Part shown: in pieces, positions 53,134 through 64,000 of the stretch
Numbering within the stretch: position 1 is the first letter of the stretch
Layout: each line of letters starts with the position of its first letter
DNA from: Setoptus koraiensis
Taxonomy: Eukaryota > Animalia > Arthropoda
Length of the DNA stretch: 64,000 nt
Assembly: GCA_048013815.1 (NCBI GenBank)
Contig: CM106585.1
Span: forward strand, 9,114,001-9,178,000
Direction: 5' to 3'
Program-made: the position numbers and the translations under genes
Notes under the pieces: model-generated
Database searches by the model: none
Told to the model about the DNA's origin: nothing
The model's input: only the letters and a program-made list of their open reading frames with translations

Positions 53134-53633
53134 NNNNNNNNNNNNNNNNNNNNNNNNNNNNNNNNNNNNNNNNNNNNNNNNNNNNNNNNNNNNNNNNNNN
53201 NNNNNNNNNNNNNNNNNNNNNNNNNNNNNNNNNNNNNNNNNNNNNNNNNNNNNNNNNNNNNNNNNNNNNNNNNNNNNNNNNNNNNNNNNNNNNNNNNNNN
53301 NNNNNNNNNNNNNNNNNNNNNNNNNNNNNNNNNNNNNNNNNNNNNNNNNNNNNNNNNNNNNNNNNNNNNNNNNNNNNNNNNNNNNNNNNNNNNNNNNNNN
53401 NNNNNNNNNNNNNNNNNNNNNNNNNNNNNNNNNNNNNNNNNNNNNNNNNNNNNNNNNNNNNNNNNNNNNNNNNNNNNNNNNNNNNNNNNNNNNNNNNNNN
53501 NNNNNNNNNNNNNNNNNNNNNNNNNNNNNNNNNNNNNNNNNNNNNNNNNNNNNNNNNNNNNNNNNNNNNNNNNNNNNNNNNNNNNNNNNNNNNNNNNNNN
53601 NNNNNNNNNNNNNNNNNNNNNNNNNNNNNNNNN
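53134..53633. other. Assembly gap, exactly 500 N
   Basis: Round-number N run typical of a placeholder scaffolding gap. Confidence 0.99.
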
Positions 53634-55860
53634 TTGTCTTGCTTATTAGTTACGGCGCAAGTTGCCGTGTCTGAAATGATTTTTTCGTTGCATTTGGTTG
53701 TTGCATCGCCTTGCATTGAATTATCTACTACGAGCGAGTGAGTGTCTCTCTATAGGTCAATACTTATTTATTGCTCGTATAATAGCTTTTTATTAGCACT
53801 ATTATGCAACTAGTTAATAGCTAATCATCACAAACATAAACTGATGATACGAGTTTTGAGAGTTGCAGAGATTGAGCACCCGAATTAGAATGAGCCATGA
53901 GTCTGGGCCACTGGTTGGCTCGCACTGCAGCCCACTGGTCAGTTGAAGCCAACACCAGATAGTTGCAAATAGTTGGAATATTAAAGTTAATCCTGGCTAT
54001 TTCTGTATGTGTGATGCATCATGTTTGATGGATCGCCTTAACTATAATTGGCCTGTTGTTTGTTTGTTGCTCGCCGGTGCACCCTAAACAACACCATTAG
54101 TGGCCATCAATGGGCGCTTACGTAATGGACCTGATGATAATTCAATGATATCAATAATAGCGGCAATGCTTTTGGCCGACAATGGAGCCATGGGCGCAGT
54201 TTGTATCACGACGTGCCAGTTTGTAAAACTGGGCGCCAACCATCTTGCCACAGCTAATGATTGCGATGGCTCGCCGGGGCAAGGTTGGTCGCGCCAAGAC
54301 GGAAATGACATGCATTACACAGGCTCGTCTATATATCATATCATATTATGGTTATATCACCAAATGTTTGTCAGTGAATGGCACTCACTTTATATCGTCA
54401 TGAGTCCCGAGGCCATATAAAGTGTTAGCAAGCAACAGGTTCAATTAACTTGTGTTGGCCGGTTATTATCGACCGCTAATTGTTATTTGTGTGAGCTAGT
54501 GTGAGCGAGTGTTGCGTGGACAAACATAGTGGCCATTATGTTTGAAGCAACACACACAATCCGGTGCAGGTATTCACCGGACCGTATAGGTACGTTGAGA
54601 ATTACGTAAGGGCTGGCTGTGATGGCCAATTGAGTGACTCAATTGAGCGCTGGCCAACTCATGTTACGTTCATTGTGGCCAGCCAGTGTGCAACTGGTGC
54701 CACAATAAAAATGTGATAACTCCACTGCCAATAACTATTGAGCAGGATATAAAGTTTCGCGCCTCGGGGCCTGAACCATGGCCAACCAACATGCACTGGC
54801 TAATCGTCACAATCGTCTTGATGGCCCTACAAACAAATGATTGCCTGACGCACACTCGCACAAATTGAGCGAGACAACAACAAAAGTTTGCATCACTGCC
54901 AAACAATGGATGTTTGATCTTTTCAAGACACACACACAAATGTATTGGCCAGATATAGTTTCAGCAGTTGCACACAAGTGCATCAGACGAATTCATAACG
55001 ATAGACTCTTGCTTCTTTTGCCTCAATTCGATTGATTCGACGCGATCCAATCCGACGCGATCCACTCCGAAGCGATGCGATCCAATCCGAGGCGATGCGA
55101 CGGCCGCAAAACACAATCAAAAGGCCGGCAACAAAACAGTCGGAGTGGCTCGCATCGGTCAGTCGGGAGCAGATGCTGAAATTGTAGCGTGTCCGGTAAT
55201 TTCCCTTTTTGTGTGCCAACGCCATCGCTCATTATCGTCTATGTGCTAACCCGATAGCAAGCGGCCAGCAAGCGGCCAGCGACTAGCCAGCAACAGGCCG
55301 GCCAAATGCGTCTCGGCAGCACACACAAAAGAACACTTTGGGCCAATTGTTGTAAATAACAGTTTGAAATAACAAGTGCTGGCTTTTTGTTGTTAAATTT
55401 GTGCCAGGTTTGACATTGGCCCATGGCCATGATTTGCGAGCCAACATCACAAGTGAGTGAGCGCCAACAAAATTGCGCACATCACATAAACACTGAATGA
55501 GAGATAATTAATTTTACAAAGTTTGTCTTGTCCAGTCAATCTTAATAAGAGTAATTTGGATGGACGCGGCATTGTTTGCTGTCAGTTTAAATTACCGGCC
55601 GTCAGTCGGCGAGCGAGCCACTAAATGACGTCATGCCGTTGATTAGCATCTAGACGCCATTTTCGGTCGGTCGGTCGGTGCGCTGTGATGATATCAGCAG
55701 TCAATTAATGCAAAGCGACGACTCAGCGACGCAATTAGCTCGCTTGTGCCAACGGATGACACCGGTCAGCGCATTTTATCGGCCAGCATTTGGCGAGGCG
55801 CGAGCTCGTCTCGAGTGATACATAACTTATGTAACATAAGTTTGTCGGACACAGACTTAC

Positions 55861-55948
55861 GTATCACAAATGGCGTCGAGGCGACTAATATATTCATCAA
55901 TGATGCCCATTGTGCACAGCGCCAATTGTTGCGCTTTGTGCGACGCGT
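55861..55948 (-). CDS. Candidate internal exon of an unidentified gene
   Basis: gattag|...|gtaagt, 88 nt, reads (D)ASHKAQQLALCTMGIIDEYISRLDAICD(T). Confidence 0.35.
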
Positions 55949-57458
55949 CTAATCAACTTATCATCGCTCTTTGTTGAGCTATTAGTTGCTATTGGCGGTT
56001 GTTGTTGCCCGTTGTTATTGTTTGCCAGGTCGCGCCAGTGCAGTGTCGGCGGGCCCAGGCCGACACTGGACTGCACATTGCCAATCGGCTCGATAGCCAA
56101 TTGGCAACTAGTGATTAGTGACGAGAGCATGCGAAAAAGGAATGCGGATTATCATAAATCATGGCCAATATCGGCCGGCTAATATATGGCCGCACGTTAG
56201 TTGGTTGCAGCAACGACAGCACAGGTGAGCTGACGCAACGAGACGCTCGTTACGAGAGAATAAATTTCGGCGAGTTGTTGTAACGATAGGATGCGCTTCT
56301 CTCTCTCTCTCTCTCTCTCTCTGCCAGCTTCTTCCTCTGTCAGCCTCTTTCTCTGTCAGCCAGTCAATTTATGCGTTGTTGCCTTGCGCTCACGCTGCCC
56401 CCAATTATTATGCATTGCATTTTAAAAAATTAAAAATTATGCCGCTGCTGGCGCCGGTGCCACTTCCGGCCGCCGATTATTATTGGCTGGCCGGGCGGCA
56501 GTTATTGCTGTTGCATGGACGACACAACAACAAACTTATAGAGACATCATTTTGTGCGGTGTGTCGAGCCAATGAGCGGTGTTGCCGCAATCAAGTCTCT
56601 ATTAGACAGTGTGTAATCATTTATAGGGCAGCACACATGTGATATGTGAGAGGCATCAGTTTGTTATTTGTGCGATCATGAATCATATCTTATTTCTTGG
56701 TTGCCTTATTTGTTGCGCACTGGCTGATTCGTTGTCCAAGACTCAGCGCAACAACGCCAACGAAGGGATTTCTCACTGTATCGAATGTTTGTTTGTTATC
56801 GCGGCATGCCGTGCCGTCTGCCTTGGCCTCGGCCAGTGTGTTGGCCCCGGCGAGTGTGTTGGCCCCGGCGAGTGTGTTGGCCGTCAGCCAGCCGACAGTA
56901 TTGGCATTGTGTGTGTGTGAGAAATTTGTCTCTATGACATGTCCATCGGGCTGCTATGACCGTCGCAGCCGCACAAGCAACAGCAACGACAACAACAACA
57001 GCAACGACAACAACAACAAGTGCTCACCTGTGCAACAGAGCGATTGCACCGTGGCAATCAGTGGAAATTGAAGAATGAAAAAAGTCGGCCAAACCACACA
57101 CACGGCGGCTCGCTGCGGCGGCTCGCTGGGCCAGCGGTGCCAGTGGGCAATAATAGAGATGGTTCACACATTTATTCACCATTATAGTTCATTATTGACT
57201 TTTTTCCGACTATCAATGAATCACTTTTTGCTGCTATCTTTCGTGTTAAGCTGTCTGTTCTCTCTCGCTCGCTCGCCAGCTTTTTTCTCATCACACCAAC
57301 AGGTGATCACGGCGCGCAATGTGTATTTATTGTTGTTGTTGCTGCGGTTGTGTGCCCATGGTCAGCTCACAATATCAATATCAATTGTGCGAACACACTA
57401 ATGTCAATTGTGTGTGTGTGTGTGTGTGTGAACTAGACGAGTAACCAGCGACTTGAGA

Positions 57459-57494
57459 CTTGCCTACCTGTTGTTGCAACAACAGGTAGGCAAG
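57459..57494. repeat. Perfect 36-bp palindrome
   Basis: cttgcctacctgttgttg|caacaacaggtaggcaag with no spacer. Confidence 0.95.
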
Positions 57495-58156
57495 GTGAGC
57501 AGTGCCAAGGCAGTGCCTTAGCAAAGCCAAGTCTCGCCAATGCCAACGTGTGATGCCGCCAACATGTGACCGTGCTGCCAACATGCTCGGCTAATTAATT
57601 AATTAGATGCACACACTCATGGGTACAGCACGACAATGTTACTCTTCCTGTTTGCTGGAACAAATTTAATAAGCTTTAAATTTAGCAATCGGCTCTCCCC
57701 AATGCAAGTGTCATTAACTTGCCTGTGCCAACTGTGGCTGGCCCGACGCTGGCTGGCCCGACGCTGGCTGGGCTGGTCAGCTGGCTGTGTTAGTCTGGCA
57801 AACTGATAATGATAATAACAATAATTGAGCAACTTGTGATGCAAACAAACATGCCAAAGTGCCGGCGAGCAGGCGACAACAACAAGCTCGACAACAAAAA
57901 GTGCAAAAGCAGCAACTTGTTTAACCGCAACAGCAGCAGCAACAGCAACAGCGCCAGCAACAATTCCATTATCGGCCAGAAAACATGGCTAATCTAATCT
58001 AAGTCGAGCCGGTAATTCCGAGCTAATCATCGTGATCGCCATCATCATCGGCACCATTGGCACCATCGGCATTTCTCAGCGCTCGCTGCAACCATTACAC
58101 ACACACTAATACATATTGGCCGCGCCAAAATCAACAGTTGCGCCTTTGCACTCTTT

Positions 58157-58245
58157 TGCGACTCGAAATCTCGAACGGCTCGCCGAAATCTCGAGCGGCT
58201 CGCCGAAAGCTCGAGCGGCTCGCCGAAATCTCGAGCGGCTCGCAC
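58157..58245. repeat. 20-bp minisatellite (~4 units)
   Basis: cgccgaaatctcgagcggct in tandem. Confidence 0.9.
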
Positions 58246-58267
58246 CGTTCGCATGTAATTCGGTTAC

Positions 58268-58366
58268 GTTTGGCACTGACCGGCCAGACAGTCTTGTTAG
58301 GAGCGGCTGCACTTTGCGCTCATCATCAGCAAACCATTTCTCCACTAATAATGTTCCGCTCGCTTG
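58268..58366 (-). CDS. Candidate symmetric internal exon of an unidentified gene
   Basis: ctcatag|...AAC|gtaacc, 99 nt, phase 0-0: QASGTLLVEKWFADDERKVQPLLTRLSGRSVPN. Confidence 0.35.
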
Positions 58367-61126
58367 CTATGAGCTATTTGACGAGTTGCGTGAACGTCGT
58401 CGTCGTCGTCGTCGTCTCGTTGTTTGCCCACGGTATTAGATGGCTCGGCTCGGCTCTTGGATGTTGGCTGTTGGATGTTGGTGGTGGCTCGCATATTGCG
58501 TGAATATATCAAATGAATCATTTGATTATTTTGACTGCTCTGGCCGCTTCGTACGGCTTGAATTATTATTATTGCCGACGAGATTGTTGGATTCTTTTCT
58601 CGCTGTGCGTGGCCATTATTCACGTCGGCATCACTCACGTTGGATTATTCACGTTGGATTATTCACGTTGGATATGCGGCCGATGCATTAGCGGCCATTC
58701 CCCGCATATCGCGCCATCTACGCCCAGCCCGACAGCAACCAGCACAAGCGACCCAGTAGAAGGGTGCTGCTGGCGCCGCCGTGGGCCAGCCGCAACAGAC
58801 TCGGCAGTCTCGGCAGCCTCGACTCGCCACGACGGGCAATCACATGGGCTCAAGTTCATCCAGCCGGCGCAGATAAATCATTGCCATGCACAGGAAATTG
58901 TCAATGGCGCTGCTGTTGGTGCCACTATGCGCTCACAATAAATTGTTGTGTGTGCAATATTACCTGTGCCTATTAGTGTCTCTATTATGCAGCTGTCAGT
59001 TGGCCTGTCAGCACCTATTATGCGCCGTGTATTATTATACACTGGCCGTATTGATGAATCAGCGAGCTCGTTGATATATCGCGCCGGAGATAAACGATGG
59101 GCGATTATTCAATTTGACAAAGAAAAAAAAAACAGAAACAGAAACAACAAGCCCATTAGAGCTGTCAGGCAGAGATGTTATCTGCGCCATACTGCCACCA
59201 CAGACACATTGCCACCAGCGCCAGTCGACCAGATTGTATCTCGTTGTGCGTCGGATATCGCATACTCGATGCCAATTATACGGTGTGTGTGTGTCAAAAA
59301 GAAAATGTTTGCCTGATTAGATTTTGGCCGCATGAAAGATCTTGGCAATATGCTCGGGCTGACTCGGCTTGTGAGCCCTAACGGCGATTGCTGGGCGCGC
59401 CCGTTTTCGCATCGCTAAATCATTAGATCATGCGATAGATATTGGCGTTTAGGTGCGCTGGTGCTCTCATTGCGAACCAGTTTGCCATCGCAAGTGCTCG
59501 AGTGCGATCATTCGAGTCGCCGAGTTTCATCGGCGCTGAGCCGGCCAAACGATGCGGCCGGACAAGAATCAATTGTGCTCTTTGTTTTGCTGCTGTGTCG
59601 TCGCTCGTTTGCGTCAAGTTTGCGTCGTCGCTAGTTTGCGTCAAGTTTGCGTCAAGTTTGCGTCAGGCTGGACACTGTGCACGCCAGCGAGGTGTTTGCC
59701 GGCAACCTGTGCGCATCACTTCACTCGCTTGCTGGGCGGTCGGTTGCAGCCGATATCATGGGCCTGTTATCAATAATTAGCTGGCTTGCCAAACAACGAC
59801 AGGCCATGGGGGCAAGCAACACGCCAGCTAGCGACACACGACGAGCCACCAATTATTAACGCAACCATACACACACAGCGATACATATTAGCCCGCGGCT
59901 TGAGCCCACACTAATATCATCGTCACCTCACCGATCTCGTTGGCGAGCTTGTGTTGCCGCGTTGCCGTGTTGCCGTGTTGCCGTGTTGAGCAATGGAGCC
60001 GGCCGGCGCAGCAACACGAAGCCAATATCTGACTGTTGACGTTGATTGAATGCGATGTTTGACCTGGATAAAATCGCCCAGACGCCAACAAACGTTGCAT
60101 AAGCTGCTGCTGCTGTTGTGTGTGTTAAGCTCAAACATGACGATGCTGATCAAAAGTTTGCTCAAAAGCTGCGATTGTTGTGTGTGTGTGTGTGGCGCCG
60201 CTTTTGGCATTGCAACATTGGAAACAATTATTTATTGCCAATGCCAAACCATATACCATACACATATGGTCGCATACATACGCCGTATAGCCACACAGCC
60301 GATAGGTCACACAGCGAAACAGCCAGTGCCAGTTGCTGACCGGCCAATGCCAATGATATCCGTTCTGATATCGTTATGTAAGCCGGCAATGCACCGATAA
60401 TAAAACGATCACGATGCATCGTTCAACGAGCGAAGCCCCTTCTCTCTGTTGATTATTTGGCTCTCTGTTGATTAGTTGGCGCTCTGCTGATTAGTTGGCT
60501 CTCTGCCGGGCATCCATTTAGTTTGTTCTGTTCTGTTCTGTTCTTTTTGTTGTGTCGGCCAACGGTCAAGCGGTCAACATGGCCGAATGGAAACCATTCA
60601 AATGTCAAGCAATGATGAATTTGCATAAATGTCAGTGCGATCAATGTGAGGCCGAATCAAATGATACTCATTAGTTTTGGTTGTTTCTGTTTGGCCGCAT
60701 CATGTGTGTTGCGTAATGGCAGCAATAGCCGATGATGGTCACGACTCGCTAAATGTAACTCATTTAGCGAGCGGCCGACAACGGCTCACCGTGGCCTTTG
60801 GTCTTTGTGAACCAAATAGCGAGCACCTGTTGTGTTGCATTGATTCTTCTTTGTCTTGTTTCGTCGGCGGTGCGTCTACGCGTGTGTTCATCGACGCTGC
60901 ACAATGCGCCGCGAATATGCACGACGCGGATTTAATCATTGATTTGCTGTCCATCGCAGCGGTTGCCCGTTAAGCTGACTCAACGCACACTCAACCTGAG
61001 TGACTCAAGCAGCGGATCAAGTTACGCGCCGGCGCGGCCGATGCCAGTTGGCATCAAAACAAACAAGGCCAGCGTTGGCAAACAGAAACAGAGTGCCAGG
61101 AATGACACACAATCGCTCCCATTCGA

Positions 61127-61210
61127 AATTCGCAACTCGCAACTCGCAACTCGAGATTCGAGATTCGCAACTCGCAACTAGAAATTCGAAATTCGCAATT
61201 CGCAACTCGG
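61127..61210. repeat. 7-bp minisatellite
   Basis: (tcgcaac / tcgagat / tcgaaat)n. Confidence 0.85.
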
Positions 61211-62295
61211 ACTTGGAACTTGGAGCCTCCAAGTTGGAGGCGAGCGTGTGTCACTCAAGTTGAAACATTCTCATGCTCTGTCATTTCACGCTCTGCGCTG
61301 CTTGCTGCCCACGATGACTTTGGGTACGTGCAACAAGTGTCCCATCTCGCTGACGCACTCGCAATCGTGGAACGAGCGAGAGCCCTGTTCGCTGCAACGG
61401 CCGCTTCTTTTCCAAGAGAGAAGCCTCCGAGAGAGTTCGACGCTCCAAAGTTGCGAGCGACTTCCACGTTCCAAGTTGCCAGCAGTTGCAAGTGTAGTGA
61501 GCGAACAGTGAGAGGCGCAACACAACACACAGTGGTCAGTGGTGTACGCGGCCATCTTGCTTGTTTGTTGCTGCCATAATCTCCGGCCGCCAGTGCGTTC
61601 GGCAGGCTTATTCGCACTCACTGTCAATCGGCGACCGAATGCTGGCCGCCTGTTCGTTGGCCATCACAACGCACCGACGAGGTGAGTTGCAGCGAGCCAT
61701 TCGAAGCCATTGGAAACGATTCGGGCGTCGTTGCTCCGCCCTCGTTGCAAGTCATCACACTCGTTCGCAGCAGCACAACCTGTGCGTTGGCTCGAGAGCG
61801 GCGATTCGCGAATTGCGAACTGCAGACTGCGAGCAGCGAACAGTCAACGAACAGCCAACGAACGGCCAGCGAATCTCTGCGAACAGCGAATCGCTGCGAA
61901 CAGCGAATCGCTGCAAACAGAGAATCGCAAGTCGCGAATAAAGAACGAACAAGATGGCTCCGAGTGGCGGCAGCAGCAGCAGCCGAGAAGTGGCAAAGGA
62001 GGAAACTGGATTCTATACCACTCACGTCCTTATCAACATGTACGTTAATTATTGCTCACACTCGTATATTTATACACACAACATCACAGGCACCAGCGAT
62101 GGCTAATGCTCATTGTTGGAGTCGCAGCATAAAATAGTTTTTTACTCTCTGGGCATGCATCATGATTATGATGGTCAATGATTTTTGGACTTTTATTACA
62201 CACACACACACTCACATTTTACACGCTTGTTCGCATTGACTTTTGCGCTCCTTTCGACTCGTCCGCGGACCGCGGCGCATTCGAAGTTGGAGCTG

Positions 62296-62360
62296 CTCAA
62301 ACTGCTCGAACTGCTCGAACTGCTCGAACTGCTCGAACCGCTCGAACAGCTCGAACAGCG
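62296..62360. repeat. 9-bp minisatellite
   Basis: (aactgctcg)n, about 7 units. Confidence 0.9.
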
Positions 62361-63298
62361 CGCCGCAAACGGACAGAGACGGCGACCAAGCAACAGCGAA
62401 CGCTTATAATGATGATAATGAGCCTTGCTTCTTTCTTCGCGAATGCTGCACAACATTCTTTTCTTCGCCTGGCCACACTGGCTGGCAGTTGCAGCGAGTT
62501 GCAAACTCACAAGTCGGCCGATACAAGCAACAAGTTGGCTCGAGCTGCACACAACAAGCAAATCCTGTAAACAACTGCAGCAACTTGTAGCCGGCCAATC
62601 GAAAAGCGACGCTTCGGCCGAACAGGGGTCGTGCTCATGCTGCCGAACAGCGCACATCCTGAGCGCCTAGTGTTGGCCGGTTGCTGTTCGAATCGCCGTT
62701 CGCAGTTGCTGCAGTCGGCTGTCTGTCGCTGCTGCTGTTGTTGTTGTTGTTGTTGTTGTTGCCAACACTAAACAATAACATGTAACCAACAGCATCTAAC
62801 AAGCGTGTAATGTATTCTGATAGACTCGGCCAGTCGGCTCGAGCGGCCAGATGCAGCCAAAAAGTGGCTCATCTTTCTCATTGCACAACAGCACACACAA
62901 TCTCGCTTAATTAGTTAGTCAGCCTTAATTGGCGATGATGAATTAAACAAGTGTCTGCAACCAGCTCTAATCTGCTCATCGATTTATTTGTATCTCTCTC
63001 CCTTTCTGTCCCTTTCTGTGTGTCTCATTGGCCACCGAGCGGCAGATGATGCGAGTCACATCCAGCGTCATCCGACCGGCGATCATCCGACCGGCGATCA
63101 TCTGACTCAGATCATCTGAGTGGTGAGGCTCGCATGGGTATCGCATGTTATTATTGGCTGCACCGCTATATCTCGCTACTATTAGTATCATTACTATTAT
63201 TATTATTACTATATGCATATGGCATATTTATAGATAATGATAATGTATGAATACCGTTCGCAAGGTCCATTGTGATACACTTTACATTGCACACAAAC

Positions 63299-63392
63299 CT
63301 GTTCCTTCGGCCACCATCATAGATTGCGGCGTGCTCCATCCACATTGCACTCCAATGATTGGATTGGCGGCATTCAAGTGGCCATTGTTCAC
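63299..63392 (-). CDS. Candidate internal exon; two frames open
   Basis: caaacag|...CAG|gtttgt, 94 nt. It reads EQWPLECRQSNHWSAMWMEHAAIYDGGRRN or VNNGHLNAANPIIGVQCGWSTPQSMMVAEGT. Confidence 0.25.
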
Positions 63393-64000
63393 CTGTTTGC
63401 TACCTGTTGAGCTGGCAACATTACAGCGGCGAGCATGAGTCATGAGCGATACCAGCCGGCAAACTTTCGGGCTCTTATTAATATTGTAGCCGTCTATAAA
63501 TATAAACATACGCTCGGCTGACTGCATGGCTGCATAGTTTGGTCGCGGTGCCCCAAGTTTGTCCGAAGTGTAAACACTAATTGTGCGTGTGTGTGTGCAT
63601 TCTTTGTGTCAAATTGTGTGCTCACTCGTTTGGTAGCATGTTTATTATGTGTGCTCGAGCCTCGAGAGGCTAAACATCGGCAAATAGACGCACTCTGAAC
63701 AAATTACAACAACGGCATCGCTACGCCGGTGATTTGAAATCATGCCTCGCAGGGCAGAGAATTTGTGCTTAGCTTCGTTTTTGCTGCTGCTGCTGTTGCT
63801 GTTGCTGTCGCTGGTGTCGTTGCTGGCTAGGCCACCAACAGCAAAGGCCAAGTCATTAGATAAGAGATAGATTATGAGATATGTTTGTGTGTTAGCGCAT
63901 GGCTTGAATTATTGCCGTGAATTTGTGGCGCTCGTAGTGTCATAACACTCAATCATGACAACTTTTATCTAGCCAACCACACTATAATAAGATGCAATAT

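Noticed and set aside
53060-53716. ORFs of 183-218 aa in the track
   Set aside because: Artefacts of translating the N gap.

Overview
Eukaryotic genomic DNA: GT-AG introns, abundant microsatellites, and one 500-N scaffolding gap at 53134-53633. It looks arthropod-like and a mite is plausible, but the taxon is inference only. The window alternates two sequence types. (i) A GC-richer matrix dense in microsatellites, minisatellites and GGGCCC, which holds a large spliced low-complexity gene on the minus strand (about 12.9-18.4 kb) and probably more small exons. (ii) AT-richer, repeat-poor islands (about 6.4-7.9, 9.4-11, 21-23, 29.4-31.4, 38-42, 45-46.2, 46.8-53.1 kb) holding intact or decayed members of fast-evolving families. 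These are a Kelch-repeat gene, a gustatory-receptor-like 7TM gene whose C-terminus lies in exons missed by the ORF track, two GR-like remnants, possible BTB/BACK and F-box/LRR relics, and a small putatively secreted protein. A Thr-rich secreted mucin-like gene runs off the left edge. I saw no rRNA, tRNA or CRISPR array. Most ORF-track entries are spurious products of repeats or antisense frames. I recognised no gene well enough to give a symbol, and all family calls are by-eye motif recognition without database searches.
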